Numbered from the stretch's first letter, positions 40,557-53,633 are shown. The stretch: 64,000 nt of DNA from Vicinamibacterales bacterium (GCA_050185275.1 JBFWZN010000005.1:202507-266506), one strand, 5' to 3'. Notes: a model not told the origin generated them from the letters alone. Numbers and translations: made by a program.

Positions 40557-41903
40557 TTAGACCGGGGCCGCGGCGTGCTGCCGGACCGCGTCCAGAATCT
40601 CTTCGCCCCATTGCCGGATCTGCTCCTGGTCTTCGCCCTCGAGCATCACCCGCAGCAGCGGCTCGGTGCCCGAGTAGCGGACCAGGAGGCGCCCCTTGCC
40701 GGCCAGCCGCGACTGCACCGACTGCATGACGGCGGCAATCGAGGGCACCGAGTCGAGGTCGAACCGCTGGGCCACGCGAAGGTTCAACAGCACCTGCGGA
40801 TAGGTGGTGAGTTCCGACGCCAGGTCCCCGAGTTCACGGCCCGTGGCGGCCATCGTCGCCAGCACGTGGAGCGCGGTGGCGAGGCCATCGCCCGTGAAGA
40901 GGTACTCGCCGAAAATCACGTGTCCGGACTGCTCGCCGCCAATCGCGAGGTCACGCTTCAGCATCTCCTCCATCACGTACTTGTCGCCGACGGCCGTGCG
41001 CACCATGTCGATGCCGGCGTCCCGCAGCGCGAGCTCGAGCCCGAGATTGCTCATGACCGTCGCCACGACACCGTTGCCACGAAGCCGGCCCTGACGCTTC
41101 ATGTCCTTGGCGCACATGAGCATCACCGCGTCGCCGTCCACGGTCCGGCCGGCAGCGTCCACGAACAGGGCACGGTCGCCGTCGCCGTCGAACGCGATGC
41201 CGAGCCGGTAGCCGCCCGCCACCACCGCGTCGGCCAGCCGGCCGAGCGAGGTGGAGCCGCACCCCAGATTGATGTTGCGCCCATCCGGCTCGCAGCCGAT
41301 GAACCGGGCGTCGCAGCCGAGTGTCTCGAAGAGCCTCGGCGCGACGGTCGTGGTGGCACCGTTGGCGCAGTCCACCACCACGCGCCAGCCCGCCACGCTG
41401 ACGCCGGCCGGCAGCACGCCGCCCAGGTGCGCGAGGTAGTCGTCACGATAGTCGCGGGTCTCGATGACCGCAGGCCCGCCGTCGGGCGCCGACCAGGAGA
41501 GATCCGCCATGATCGCCTCGACGCGCTGCTCGTGCATCTCGGTGAACTTCTCACCGGTGCCCGAGAACACCTTGATGCCGTTGTCCTCGAAGGGGTTGTG
41601 CGACGCGGAGATGACGACGCCGGCGGTGAAGCCGTGGCGCGGGGTGAGGAAGGCGATGGCGGGGGTCGGGATGACGCCGGCCGACACCAGGCGCCCGCCC
41701 TGACTGGCCATCCCGTGTGCCAGTTCACGCTCGATCCAGTCGCCCGACTCGCGGGTATCGCGGCCGGCCAGGAACACGGGCGAGCCTTCCGCCGGTCGCA
41801 GGGCGCGGGACAGCGCACCTCCCAGCCGCCGCACCGTCGCCACATCGAGTGGGGCCACACCCGCCCGTCCCCGCACACCGTCCGTACCAAAGAAACGACT
41901 CAT
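40557..41903 (-). CDS. glmM: Phosphoglucosamine mutase
   Basis: FGTDGVRG, SASHNP, FDGDGDR, GGEQSGH, RYSGTEP. Confidence 0.96.
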   Translation of the reverse strand: MSRFFGTDGVRGRAGVAPLDVATVRRLGGALSRALRPAEGSPVFLAGRDTRESGDWIERELAHGMASQGGRLVSAGVIPTPAIAFLTPRHGFTAGVVISASHNPFEDNGIKVFSGTGEKFTEMHEQRVEAIMADLSWSAPDGGPAVIETRDYRDDYLAHLGGVLPAGVSVAGWRVVVDCANGATTTVAPRLFETLGCDARFIGCEPDGRNINLGCGSTSLGRLADAVVAGGYRLGIAFDGDGDRALFVDAAGRTVDGDAVMLMCAKDMKRQGRLRGNGVVATVMSNLGLELALRDAGIDMVRTAVGDKYVMEEMLKRDLAIGGEQSGHVIFGEYLFTGDGLATALHVLATMAATGRELGDLASELTTYPQVLLNLRVAQRFDLDSVPSIAAVMQSVQSRLAGKGRLLVRYSGTEPLLRVMLEGEDQEQIRQWGEEILDAVRQHAAAPV

Positions 41904-42068
41904 GACTCTCCTATCGGTTGCGTCTGCCCGGGTATGAGGGCGTCGGCGCGGCCATCCGGCGACGCGCCCGGCGCCGCACGCGGCTCAGGGCCCGATCCAC
42001 GACTCTCGTGTACCTGCCCCCGGGACCTGGGTGTGGCGACCAGACCCGTGCGCGGTCCGGCTCCAGAC

Positions 42069-42827
42069 TCAGAAGCCGGGCCGGCGCGAGGCATCGCCGG
42101 GCGGGGCGCCACCGGCCGCCCCCCGGCCGCTGGTGGCGTCCGCTCCCGCGTCGTCCTTCGTGTCCTTCGCGTCAGGCGGCTCTGGAGCGGTCGGGACGAT
42201 GACCACGCTCACGCGGGCGGCCTGCGGGGTGACCAGCCTGACGCTGGGATCCGTCACCCCCACGGTTGCCGTATCCAGCACCGTGCTCGTCGCCCCGGCG
42301 ACCGACACCGGCTCGGTGATGGCTTCGGTCACCTCGCGCACCGCCGACGCCGGACCCGTGATGGCGACCATCGCGGGCTCCACGACGAGCGACACCCGCA
42401 TGAAGCCGGTGGCCGGTTCTCCCTCCACCTGGGGCACGACGGGCACGACCTTGTTCTCGGAGAGTTCGAAGACGAGGGGCACCGTCGCCGGCATCAACTG
42501 GACCACCTCGACCCCGAACGGCGTCCGGACATCAGCGCCTGTCAGGTGGAACAGGCGACGGCCCGGCCGCGCCGCCTGCAGATCGAGCACCGCCACGAGC
42601 GCGCCTGGTGCCATGTCGGCCAGCACGGCCGAGCCGCCCCGGACACGCACCTCAACGACATCGGGCGTGTCGCCCACCACCTCGAGTTGCGGGGGCAGGT
42701 TGATCAGTTCCACGGGAATGCGCAGCGCGCGTTCGACACTCTGGTCACTCGACACGGTGAGCCACAGCAGCGCCGCGAGGGCGACGGACACGACCTTCAG
42801 CCCCAGATAGGGAATGCGGATGGTCAT
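42069..42827 (-). CDS. cdaR: YbbR-domain protein CdaR
   Basis: KVVSVALAALLW TM; two YbbR-like repeats (VEVRVRG; VAITGP); between cdaA and glmM. Confidence 0.85.
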   Translation of the reverse strand: MTIRIPYLGLKVVSVALAALLWLTVSSDQSVERALRIPVELINLPPQLEVVGDTPDVVEVRVRGGSAVLADMAPGALVAVLDLQAARPGRRLFHLTGADVRTPFGVEVVQLMPATVPLVFELSENKVVPVVPQVEGEPATGFMRVSLVVEPAMVAITGPASAVREVTEAITEPVSVAGATSTVLDTATVGVTDPSVRLVTPQAARVSVVIVPTAPEPPDAKDTKDDAGADATSGRGAAGGAPPGDASRRPGF

Positions 42828-43648
42828 CGGCCCCCTCCGTCGTCAGCGTCGTCGGCGGGCACCACACGGGCGGGCGCGTTGCGCCGCAGCAAAGCGCGCA
42901 ACCGCTCACGGAGGACATCCGCCGACAGCCCGCGCTCGAGCGAGCCGCCGAGCGCCAGGGAGATGACACCGTTCTCCTCGGACACGACGACGGCCACCGC
43001 GTCGTTCTCCTCGGTGAGGCCAAGGGCGGCGCGGTGCCGCGTGCCGAGTTCGCGGCTCACCAGCGGGTTCACCGACAGCGGCAGGAAGCAGGCGGCCGCC
43101 GCCACGCGATCGGCCTGGATGATCACGGCGCCGTCATGCAGGGGCGACTCCCGCTGGAAGATGCTGAACAGCAGGTCGTAGGTCACGACCGCGTCGAGCG
43201 GGATGCCGCCCTCGATGTAGTTGCGCAACCCGATCTGCCGCTCGATCACGATGATGGCGCCGATCCGCCGGTGGGACAGCGCGGAGGCGGCGGCGACGAC
43301 CTCCTCGATCGCCTCCTTGGTGCTCGTCTGCCGCGCGAAGTACTTCGAGAACGGCGCACGACCGAAGTGCGCGAGCGCCCGACGGATGTCGGCCTGGAAG
43401 AGGACGATCACCGCGAACACGACGTAGCCCGCCATGTTGCGGATCACCCAGTTCACGGTCTCGAGTTCCAGCCAGCGTGACAGGAAGAAGAGGGCGAGCA
43501 GGAACGCGCCACTGAGCGCCATCTGGGCCGCACGGGTGCCCCGGATGAGCAGCAGCAGTTCGTAGATGAGGAAGGAGACCAGCGCGACGTCGAGCAGGTC
43601 CCACCATCCCACTGCTGGCCAGTTGAGGAGATCGGTGAGCAGATTCAT
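42824..43648 (-). CDS. cdaA: Diadenylate cyclase CdaA
   Basis: Three TM helices; LHDGAV, GTRHRAA, VSEE. Confidence 0.93.
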   Translation of the reverse strand: MNLLTDLLNWPAVGWWDLLDVALVSFLIYELLLLIRGTRAAQMALSGAFLLALFFLSRWLELETVNWVIRNMAGYVVFAVIVLFQADIRRALAHFGRAPFSKYFARQTSTKEAIEEVVAAASALSHRRIGAIIVIERQIGLRNYIEGGIPLDAVVTYDLLFSIFQRESPLHDGAVIIQADRVAAAACFLPLSVNPLVSRELGTRHRAALGLTEENDAVAVVVSEENGVISLALGGSLERGLSADVLRERLRALLRRNAPARVVPADDADDGGGR

Positions 43649-43684
43649 GTCCCGGCACGGCCCCGGCGAGGGACCGGGAGAGCG

Positions 43685-44554
43685 TCAGTCGCGATGATAT
43701 CTCCGAATCTCGTCCATCACGCGTACGACCTGCGCCAGCTCCCGCACCGCATGCACCCGCACCACGTGCGCGCCGGCCATCACCGCCGCCGACACGGCAG
43801 CGGCCGTGGCCCAGTCCCGCTCGGCGGGGGGTACCGAGGGGCCGATGGCGCGCGTGAGGAACGACTTGCGCGAGGGCCCCACCACGACCGGCAGGCCGAG
43901 CTCTCCGAACTCGTGCAGCCGGGCCAGCGCCTCGTAGCTGTGCGGGGCCTCCTTGGCGAAGCCGAGCCCGGGGTCCACCAGCAGGCTGTCCCTGGGCACG
44001 CCGGCGTCGGTGGCGAACACGATGCTCTCGCGGAGCTCGTCGAGCACCTCGTCCACCACGTCGAGATAGGTGGCCTGCTGGTACATGTCGCGCGACCGCC
44101 CCCGCGTGTGCATGAGGACCAGCCCGCCGCCGGAGCGGGCCACCACCTCGGCGAGGCGAGGCTCGTAGCGGAGCCCACTGATGTCGTTGACGAGCGTGGC
44201 GCCGACGCCGAACGCCGCCTCGGCCACCCGCGCCTTGTAGGTGTCGACGGAAATCGGCACCGTCACCCGCGACGCGAGGCCCGCGATCACGGGGAGCACG
44301 CGCTCGAGCTCCACGGCCGGATCGAGCGGACGGGCACCAGGTCGCGTGGACTCTCCGCCGACGTCGATGATGTCGGCGCCCTCGGCCTCCATGCGCACGC
44401 CGGCCTCCACGGCCGCGGCCGCGTCGAGCAGGCGCCCACCGTCGGAGAACGAGTCGGGGGTGACGTTGATCGCCCCCATCACGAGCGTGCGCTGGCCCGT
44501 CTCGAGGCGGCGGCCACCGGGGAGCCTGACTGAGAATCGTCGTCGTGGGTACAT
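43685..44554 (-). CDS. folP: Dihydropteroate synthase
   Basis: NVTPDSFSDGG, DVGGESTRPG, DPGLGFAK, SRKSF, RVH. Confidence 0.96.
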   Translation of the reverse strand: MYPRRRFSVRLPGGRRLETGQRTLVMGAINVTPDSFSDGGRLLDAAAAVEAGVRMEAEGADIIDVGGESTRPGARPLDPAVELERVLPVIAGLASRVTVPISVDTYKARVAEAAFGVGATLVNDISGLRYEPRLAEVVARSGGGLVLMHTRGRSRDMYQQATYLDVVDEVLDELRESIVFATDAGVPRDSLLVDPGLGFAKEAPHSYEALARLHEFGELGLPVVVGPSRKSFLTRAIGPSVPPAERDWATAAAVSAAVMAGAHVVRVHAVRELAQVVRVMDEIRRYHRD

Positions 44555-44557
44555 GCA

Positions 44558-44599
44558 GAAAGACGAACGCCCGCCGCGCCTGGAGGCGCCGGCGGGCGT
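44558..44599 (-). terminator. Probable terminator hairpin after ftsH
   Basis: acgcccgccg...cggcgggcgt stem followed on the minus strand by TCGTCTTTC. Confidence 0.5.
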
Positions 44600-44633
44600 G
44601 ATCGTATCCCGAAGGCGGGAAAGAGTCTTCCGA

Positions 44634-46553
<1,920 letters not shown>

Positions 46554-46587
46554 GACTTCCCTCCAGACAGGGTAAGGAACAAGAGTA

Positions 46588-47577
46588 TCACTTCGTCAAA
46601 ATCCCCTGCTGCCGCAAGAGCAGCCTGCCGCGCCGACGCTCCACCCGGCTCCCCGGGGTATCGGCTCCGCGCGCGGTTCCGGCCAGCACCGCCAGCACCA
46701 TCTCCACGTGCTCGAGGCCCACTTCACGCCCGCCAGCCACGGCCCGCAGCCCCCGGAGCACCACACGCCGCCGGACTGGAAGCGCGGCCGCCTGAAGGCC
46801 GGCCACGTCGAGGGACAGGCCGTCGTCGCAGCTGGTGGCCAGCATCGCCATCTGCGCCGCGGCCAGCTCGTCGAGCCATTCCGCGTCCTCGCGCAGGAGC
46901 GCGGCGGCCCTGGCCAGCGCCGACCGGACGTTGCCGCCGCCGGCCTGCCCGAGCGCGTCGAGCACCACATGGCGGACCCGGTTGCGGGGGTTCGACCGGT
47001 CGTCGTTGGTCTCGTCCTCCACCCAGTGCTCGCCGCGTGCACGCAGATACGACCGCAAGTCGCTCCGTGCTACATCAATCAAGGGCCGAATCACACGCTC
47101 CCTGCGCGGATAGATGCCAGCGAGGCCCGTGGTCCCCGCCCCACGCATCAGCTTCAGGAGTACGGTCTCGGCCTGGTCGTCCTCCGTATGCCCCACCGCG
47201 ATCCGGTCAGCTCCCGCCTGGTCAGCCATCTCGCCGAGTGCCGCATACCGCAGCCGGCGCGCCGCGTCCTCGAGTGACAGCCTCTGGCTCTCGGCGAGTC
47301 CGCGGACGTCCACGCGCCGGGTGAGCAGGGGCAGTTCCAGCCGTTCGGCAAGGGCCCGGCAGAAGGCTTCATCCCGTCCGGCCGTCTCCCGGAGACCGTG
47401 ATGCACGTGGCCCAAGGCGACCAGTTGGAACCCGCCGGTACCTGACAGATCGAGGAGGAGCCGGACCAGCGAGACCGAGTCGGACCCTCCCGACACCGCC
47501 GCCAGCACACGCGTCCCGGCCGGACACAGTGCGTGCCGCCGGATCGTGCGCCTGACGCGCTGCTGGAGAGCCTTCAT
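46588..47577 (-). CDS. tilS: tRNA(Ile)-lysidine synthetase (short form)
   Basis: [32 protein letters not shown]; upstream of ftsH. Confidence 0.94.
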   Translation of the reverse strand: MKALQQRVRRTIRRHALCPAGTRVLAAVSGGSDSVSLVRLLLDLSGTGGFQLVALGHVHHGLRETAGRDEAFCRALAERLELPLLTRRVDVRGLAESQRLSLEDAARRLRYAALGEMADQAGADRIAVGHTEDDQAETVLLKLMRGAGTTGLAGIYPRRERVIRPLIDVARSDLRSYLRARGEHWVEDETNDDRSNPRNRVRHVVLDALGQAGGGNVRSALARAAALLREDAEWLDELAAAQMAMLATSCDDGLSLDVAGLQAAALPVRRRVVLRGLRAVAGGREVGLEHVEMVLAVLAGTARGADTPGSRVERRRGRLLLRQQGILTK

Positions 47578-47673
47578 CGGACCGGTGGCGCACGCCTCAT
47601 GCGGGGCGGATCATGCGTCCGCACCGCCTGCTGCGGCCACGCCCTGATCGCTTTGACTCCGATTCGGGGGAAA

Positions 47674-47750
47674 TGGTGCCGGAGGGCGGACTCGAACCGC
47701 CGACCCCGCGCTTATGAGACGCGTGCTCTAACCGACTGAGCTACTCCGGC
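47674..47750 (-). tRNA. tRNA with CAU anticodon (elongator Met, or Ile2)
   Basis: GCCGGAGTAGCTCAGTCGGTTAGAGCACGCGTCTCATAAGCGCGGGGTCGGCGGTTCGAGTCCGCCCTCCGGCACCA: full cloverleaf, encoded CCA, no initiator features. Confidence 0.96.
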
Positions 47751-47767
47751 ACGAACCGCCGATTTTA

Positions 47768-48811
47768 CTATAGCGACCCGTTATCCGCAGTCCCGGCCGC
47801 CCCGCCCTCCGTTCCCCGGGGCGTGGCCTGCGTGGGAACGCCGGCGGCATCCTCCCCCTCGTGGGCGGCATCCCTGGCGAGGACGGCTGCCGCCAGCAGG
47901 GGGATCAGCAACTCGTGGTGCCCGATGAGCGAGATGCCCCGGCCCCCGGTGCCCGCGACGGGCCGGGTGACGACGTTGGTCTGCGGGCGATACATGCGCA
48001 GGAAGTCGATGTTCACCGTCGTCAGGCCGGTGAGCGCGATGCCGGCGTTGCGCACGATGGCCACGGCCTTGAGGAACACCTCCGGCAGCACGACGGCCGA
48101 GCCGCAGTTGAGGTACACGCCCCCTTCCAGCCTCGACACGCAGCCCGTGAAATAGCGGAAGTCGCGCAGGCTCGTATCACCGATGGCCGCGCCCGACGCC
48201 GACGGGTGCATGTGGATGATGTCGGTGCCGACGGCCACGTGCGCCGTGACCGGAATGCCGAGCCGGCTCGCGGTGGCCGTGAGGCTCTGGTCGGCGAAGG
48301 GTGCAGGCAGCCCGGCCAGGTAATGGCCGACGGCCTGGCCCAGGCCCTGGCCGGCGGCGGACGCCTCGCGGATGACCTCGTTCAGGCGGCCCGTCTCTTC
48401 GGCCATGCCGAACCGACCCGGCCCCAGGGCCTCGTCCACGTCCTCGGATGTCGCGCCGGACAGCGCCACTTCGAAGTCGTGAATGATGCCCGCGCCGTTG
48501 AGCGCCAGCGCCGAGACGTATCCGCGCCGCATCAGGTCGATGAGGACCGGGGACACGCCGGTCTTGATGACGTGGGCGCCCAGGCCCCACACGATGCCCG
48601 CGCCCCGCCGGCGCGCATCGCACACCGCCGCCACCACGCGGCGCAGGTCTTCGGCGCCCAGGATGGCGGGCAGGGAGGCGAACCAGTCGGCGAAGCTCAC
48701 GCCGGGCGCCACGGGGCGCGCGAAGTCGTCGGCCCGTGCCTTGCTGCGGCGCGAGGCGAGCGGATAGGTCCGCACGGCGGACAGGTCGAACTCTTCGTAC
48801 GGGAAGGACAT
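47768..48811 (-). CDS. Conserved hypothetical protein, deoxyhypusine-synthase-like fold (GSU2086-type)
   Basis: GAHVIKTG, NGAGIIHDFE, GTDIIHMHP, GSAVVLPEVFLKA, GHHE. Confidence 0.7.
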   Translation of the reverse strand: MSFPYEEFDLSAVRTYPLASRRSKARADDFARPVAPGVSFADWFASLPAILGAEDLRRVVAAVCDARRRGAGIVWGLGAHVIKTGVSPVLIDLMRRGYVSALALNGAGIIHDFEVALSGATSEDVDEALGPGRFGMAEETGRLNEVIREASAAGQGLGQAVGHYLAGLPAPFADQSLTATASRLGIPVTAHVAVGTDIIHMHPSASGAAIGDTSLRDFRYFTGCVSRLEGGVYLNCGSAVVLPEVFLKAVAIVRNAGIALTGLTTVNIDFLRMYRPQTNVVTRPVAGTGGRGISLIGHHELLIPLLAAAVLARDAAHEGEDAAGVPTQATPRGTEGGAAGTADNGSL

Positions 48812-48907
48812 GGACGATACGGTACGGGCAGGCGTGCGCCGGCACAAGCACGTTGCGAGCGCGGCCCCGCCCGGCCCAGACGCGGTGGACGACGGGGGGC
48901 CCAGAGC

Positions 48908-49115
48908 CGTGTGCGCTTCGATGGAGCGGTCTGGTCAGGTCCGACTTGCGCACGACGCGACTGCGGCAGGCTGGAAAGCGGTGCGAAAGGGCGTGACCGA
49001 GGCATGGGTGACCGGGACCCATGCCGAGCACCGGCAGACGAATTCCCTGGAGCACCGCTTTCCCGCGTCGTCGCGCCGGAGGGCCGGACCAGACCGCTCC
49101 ATCGGAGCGCACACG
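48908..49115. repeat. ~208-nt nested inverted repeat (MITE/REPIN-like element or structured RNA)
   Basis: 35-nt terminal arms (3 mismatches) plus inner pairings ggaaagcggtgc/gcaccgctttcc and ggcatgggt/acccatgcc. Confidence 0.8.
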
Positions 49116-49118
49116 TCG

Positions 49119-50171
49119 CTACAGGACGAGCATCGCGTCGCCGTAGCTGTAGAACCGGTACTCCCGCTCCACGGCCTCCCGGTACGCCGCCAGCACCGCG
49201 TCGCGTCCCGCGAATGCCGCCACCAGCATCAGCAGGGACGACCGCGGCAGGTGGAAGTTGGTGACGAGTGCGTTCACCACGCGGAACTCGTGTCCGGGCC
49301 TGATGAAGAGGCCGGTGTCGCCCGAGGCGGCCAGCACGTCGCCCGACTCGTCGATGGCCAGCGACTCCAGCGCACGCGTGGTGGTGGTGCCGACCGCCAG
49401 CACGCGTCGTCCGAGGCGGCGGGCGCGGTTCAGGGCGAGGGCGGTGGACGGGCTCACGGTGAAGCGCTCGGCCTCGACCTGATGCTCCTCCACCGTGTCG
49501 CTCCGTACCGGCTTGAAGGTGCCGAAGCCGACGTGCAGGGTCAGGTCTGCCCGCTCCACGCCGCGCGCGGCCAGCGACGCCAGCAGCGAGTCGGTCAGGT
49601 GCAGGCCGGCCGTCGGCGCGGCCACCGAGCCGCGTTCCCTGGCAAACACCGTCTGGTACCGCTCGCGGTCGGCAGGGCCGTCGTCCCGCTTGATATAGGG
49701 CGGCAGGGGGATGTGGCCGATGCGGTCGATGGCGGTGGCGACATCCTGGCCGTCCTCGGCCCACAGACGGACCGTGCGGCGACCGTGGAAGTGCCGCTCC
49801 AGTACTTCACCGAACAACCGGCCCGGCTCGCCGGGGCGCTCGAACACGACACGAGCCCCAGGCTTGAGCTTCTGCCCGGGGTGCACGAGCGCGTCCCACG
49901 TGTCGGCCGCGCGGGGCGCGAGGAGGAGGCACTCCACGGCCCCGCCCGACGGCACACGGTGCCCGAGGAGCCGCGCCGGAAACACGCGCGTGTCGTTGAG
50001 CACGACGAGATCGCCGGGCGACAGCAGTGACGGAAGCGCGGCAAACGACTCGTGGCGTACGGTGCCCGCGGCGCGGTCGAGTACCAGCAGGCGCGAGCCG
50101 CCCCGGGTGGGCGCGGGCTCCTGCGCAATGAGGCCCTCGGGGAGGTGGAAGTCGAAATCAGCAACCCGCAC
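49119..50171 (-). CDS. queA: S-adenosylmethionine:tRNA ribosyltransferase-isomerase
   Basis: FDFHLP..LIAQ, PLPPYI, YQTVFA, AAPTAGLH, VGTT, TNFHLP, YSYGDAM. Confidence 0.97.
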   Translation of the reverse strand: MRVADFDFHLPEGLIAQEPAPTRGGSRLLVLDRAAGTVRHESFAALPSLLSPGDLVVLNDTRVFPARLLGHRVPSGGAVECLLLAPRAADTWDALVHPGQKLKPGARVVFERPGEPGRLFGEVLERHFHGRRTVRLWAEDGQDVATAIDRIGHIPLPPYIKRDDGPADRERYQTVFARERGSVAAPTAGLHLTDSLLASLAARGVERADLTLHVGFGTFKPVRSDTVEEHQVEAERFTVSPSTALALNRARRLGRRVLAVGTTTTRALESLAIDESGDVLAASGDTGLFIRPGHEFRVVNALVTNFHLPRSSLLMLVAAFAGRDAVLAAYREAVEREYRFYSYGDAMLVL

Positions 50172-50174
50172 GCA

Positions 50175-51122
50175 TCACCCGCCGAACCAGCGGCCCAGAT
50201 TCACGCGCCCCCGTTGGGCGAGCAACCCCTTCCAGAGATCGCCCTCGCGGGCGATGCGCGCCGGGGCGTTCGCCATCGTGAAGTCCCCGAGATCGACGCC
50301 CGCCTCGACCTCCTCCCAGCGCACCGGCATGGAGACGGTGGCCTGCGGCGTGGGCCGCACCGAATACACGCTCGCCAGCGTGCGGCCCCAGGCATTCTGG
50401 TTGTAGTCCACCAGCACCCGGCCGGGTGGCCGCCGGACGACACGATACTCCGCGGTCAGCAGGGCCTTGTGCCGGCTGGCCATCTCGACGGCGAGCGCCC
50501 GCGCGAACTGCCACACGGTCTTCTGATCGGGCCCACGGACGATCGGCACGTACACGTGCATGCCCTTCGAGCCGCTCGTCTTGACGACCGGTCGCATGCG
50601 CAACGCAACCAGGGCATCCCGCATCACGAGGGCGGCCTCCCGTACACGCGCGAAGGGCACGCCGGCACCCGGATCCAGGTCGAAATGCAGATAGTCGGGC
50701 CGGCTCGTGTCGTCGCACCGGGCGTACCACTGATTGAGGTCGATACATCCGAGGTTGATCACCCACAGCAGCGAGGGCAGGTCGTCGATCACCGGGAAGT
50801 CGATGGTGCCCTTGCTGCCATGCTCGATCGGACACACGCGGAGCCACGACGGGCGCGGCGCCGGCGCCCGCTTCATGAAGAAGTGCGCCCCGGCCGCACC
50901 GTGCGGATAGCGCTTCATCACCATCGCCCGGTCCCGGACGTGCGGCAGCAGGACCGGCGCGACGTCCGCGTAGTACTGCAGGAGGTGTCGCTTGGTCAGG
51001 CCGAGGGCCTCCCAGAAGGGCTTCCGCAGGTTGGTCAGCGCCACCTCACGACCACCCACGTCGAGCCGGACGGCATCGAGGCCCTCGGGGATCACGAGGC
51101 GCGTACGCCGGCCCGCCGTCAT
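50175..51122 (-). CDS. Stand-alone LigD primase-polymerase domain protein
   Basis: LTNLRKPFW, KRYPHG, FFMK, FDLDP, KTSGSKGMHVYVP, DYNQN, YSVR; no ligase domain. Confidence 0.9.
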   Translation of the reverse strand: MTAGRRTRLVIPEGLDAVRLDVGGREVALTNLRKPFWEALGLTKRHLLQYYADVAPVLLPHVRDRAMVMKRYPHGAAGAHFFMKRAPAPRPSWLRVCPIEHGSKGTIDFPVIDDLPSLLWVINLGCIDLNQWYARCDDTSRPDYLHFDLDPGAGVPFARVREAALVMRDALVALRMRPVVKTSGSKGMHVYVPIVRGPDQKTVWQFARALAVEMASRHKALLTAEYRVVRRPPGRVLVDYNQNAWGRTLASVYSVRPTPQATVSMPVRWEEVEAGVDLGDFTMANAPARIAREGDLWKGLLAQRGRVNLGRWFGG

Positions 51123-51571
51123 GTCACCAGCCAGCGCAGGAACCACACCGCGACGAGCACGGGCACCAGGGCCACCGCCGCCACGAGCCCGAAGACGAGC
51201 AGCACGAAGGCCCAGTCCGCAGCCGTGGGCTGGTGCTCCTCGTGCACGTGCGCGGCGAGCAGCGCGTAGTTCCGCTCGCCCGCATGCCACGCCACGTCGA
51301 ACAGGTCGCCCACGCCCGGCACCAGGCCGACGAGCGCATCGACGGCCACGTTGACGAGCATCCGCAGCTGCACGACCTTCGGGACGCCGAGTTCGACCGC
51401 GTGCCACAGGACGGCCAGCGTAAAAGCCGGGGACGCGAGATCGCCCAGACCGGGCACCAGCCCCAGGAGCGGATCGAGACCGATGCGGCGTGTCGTCCCC
51501 GGGACCGGGATCGCGGAGTCGAGCAGGCGCGCCACGCGCCTGAGCAGGTCCAGCCGCCGGACCTGGGACAC
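51119..51571 (-). CDS. DUF4112 membrane protein (start may be 51610)
   Basis: LLDSAIPVPG, IGLDPLLGLVPGLGD, GLVPGVGDLFD. Confidence 0.82.
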   Translation of the reverse strand: MSQVRRLDLLRRVARLLDSAIPVPGTTRRIGLDPLLGLVPGLGDLASPAFTLAVLWHAVELGVPKVVQLRMLVNVAVDALVGLVPGVGDLFDVAWHAGERNYALLAAHVHEEHQPTAADWAFVLLVFGLVAAVALVPVLVAVWFLRWLVT

Positions 51572-51591
51572 CGTGAGCCGGCGCGGGCGCG

Positions 51592-52610
51592 CTACGCCTT
51601 CAGCCCCCATCGCATCAGGATCGCGCTGACGGTGAAGCCGGCACCCACCGACGCCACGAGCAGCAGGTCGCCGGCCTTCAGACGACCCTCGTCCACGGCG
51701 TCGTTGAGGGCCAGCGGGATGGTGCCGGCGGTGGTGTTGCCGAAGCGCTCGATGTTGATCACGACCTTCTCGTCGGGGATGCCGAGCTTCTCGGCCGCCG
51801 AGCGGATGATCCGCTGGTTGGCCTGGTGCGAGACGAAGAGGTCGATGTGGCTGGCGTCGATGCCGTTGCGTTCGAGCAGGCGACGACAGGCATCCTCGGT
51901 GTTGCGCACGGCGAACCTGAACACCGACTGGCCGTCCTGCTTCACGTAGTGGAGCCGGCCCTCGATGGTCTCCTTGGACGCCGGCCTGAGGCTGCCCCCG
52001 GCGGGCATGCACAGGGCGTCGCCGCCGTGGCCATCCACGTAGTTGAGGAAGTCGATGATCCCGGCCTCTCCCTCGCTGGCCTCGACGACCACGGCCCCCG
52101 CGCCGTCGCCGAACAGCACGCAGGTCGTGCGGTCGGTGTAGTCGATGATGCTCGACATCACGTCCGCCCCCACCACCAGCGCGTACCGGCTGGCGCCCGA
52201 TGCCACCATCTGCGACGCGGTCGTCAGCGCGTAGGTGAAGCCCGAACAGGCCGCCAGCAGGTCGTAGCCCCACGCGTGATCGGCGCCGAGCTTGGCCTGG
52301 AGCAGGCAGGCGGTGCTCGGAAAGAGCATGTCGGGCGTCGTCGTGCCCACCACGATGAAGTCGATGTCGGACGGTGTCAGCCCGGCCCTGGCGATCGCCT
52401 CCCGCGACGCGGCGGCGGCCAGGTCGGAGGTTGCCACGCCCGGGTCCACGATGTGGCGTTCGCGGATGCCGGTGCGCTGCCGGATCCACTCGTCCGAGGT
52501 GTCCACCATCTTCTCGAGGTCGGCGTTCGACAGTACCTTGGGCGGCACGTACGTCGCGAGGCTGGCGATGCGCGCCCGGCGAACCGGCCGCGGTGTGAGC
52601 GATGCGTTCA

Positions 52611-52611
<1 letters not shown>
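51592..52611 (-). CDS. fabH: 3-oxoacyl-ACP synthase III
   Basis: DTSDEWI..RTGI, AACSGF, FGDGAG, HQAN, GNT; TAATG overlap with ruvB. Confidence 0.95.

Positions 52612-53629
<1,018 letters not shown>

Positions 53630-53633
<4 letters not shown>

Noticed and set aside
40185-43181. 998-aa plus-strand ORF
   Set aside because: Antisense shadow of pdxJ/glmM/cdaR/cdaA; high GC suppresses stop codons and there are no recognisable motifs
47674-47750. tRNA as integration site of a genomic island
   Set aside because: Flanked by core genes; no integrase or duplicated tRNA 3' end seen
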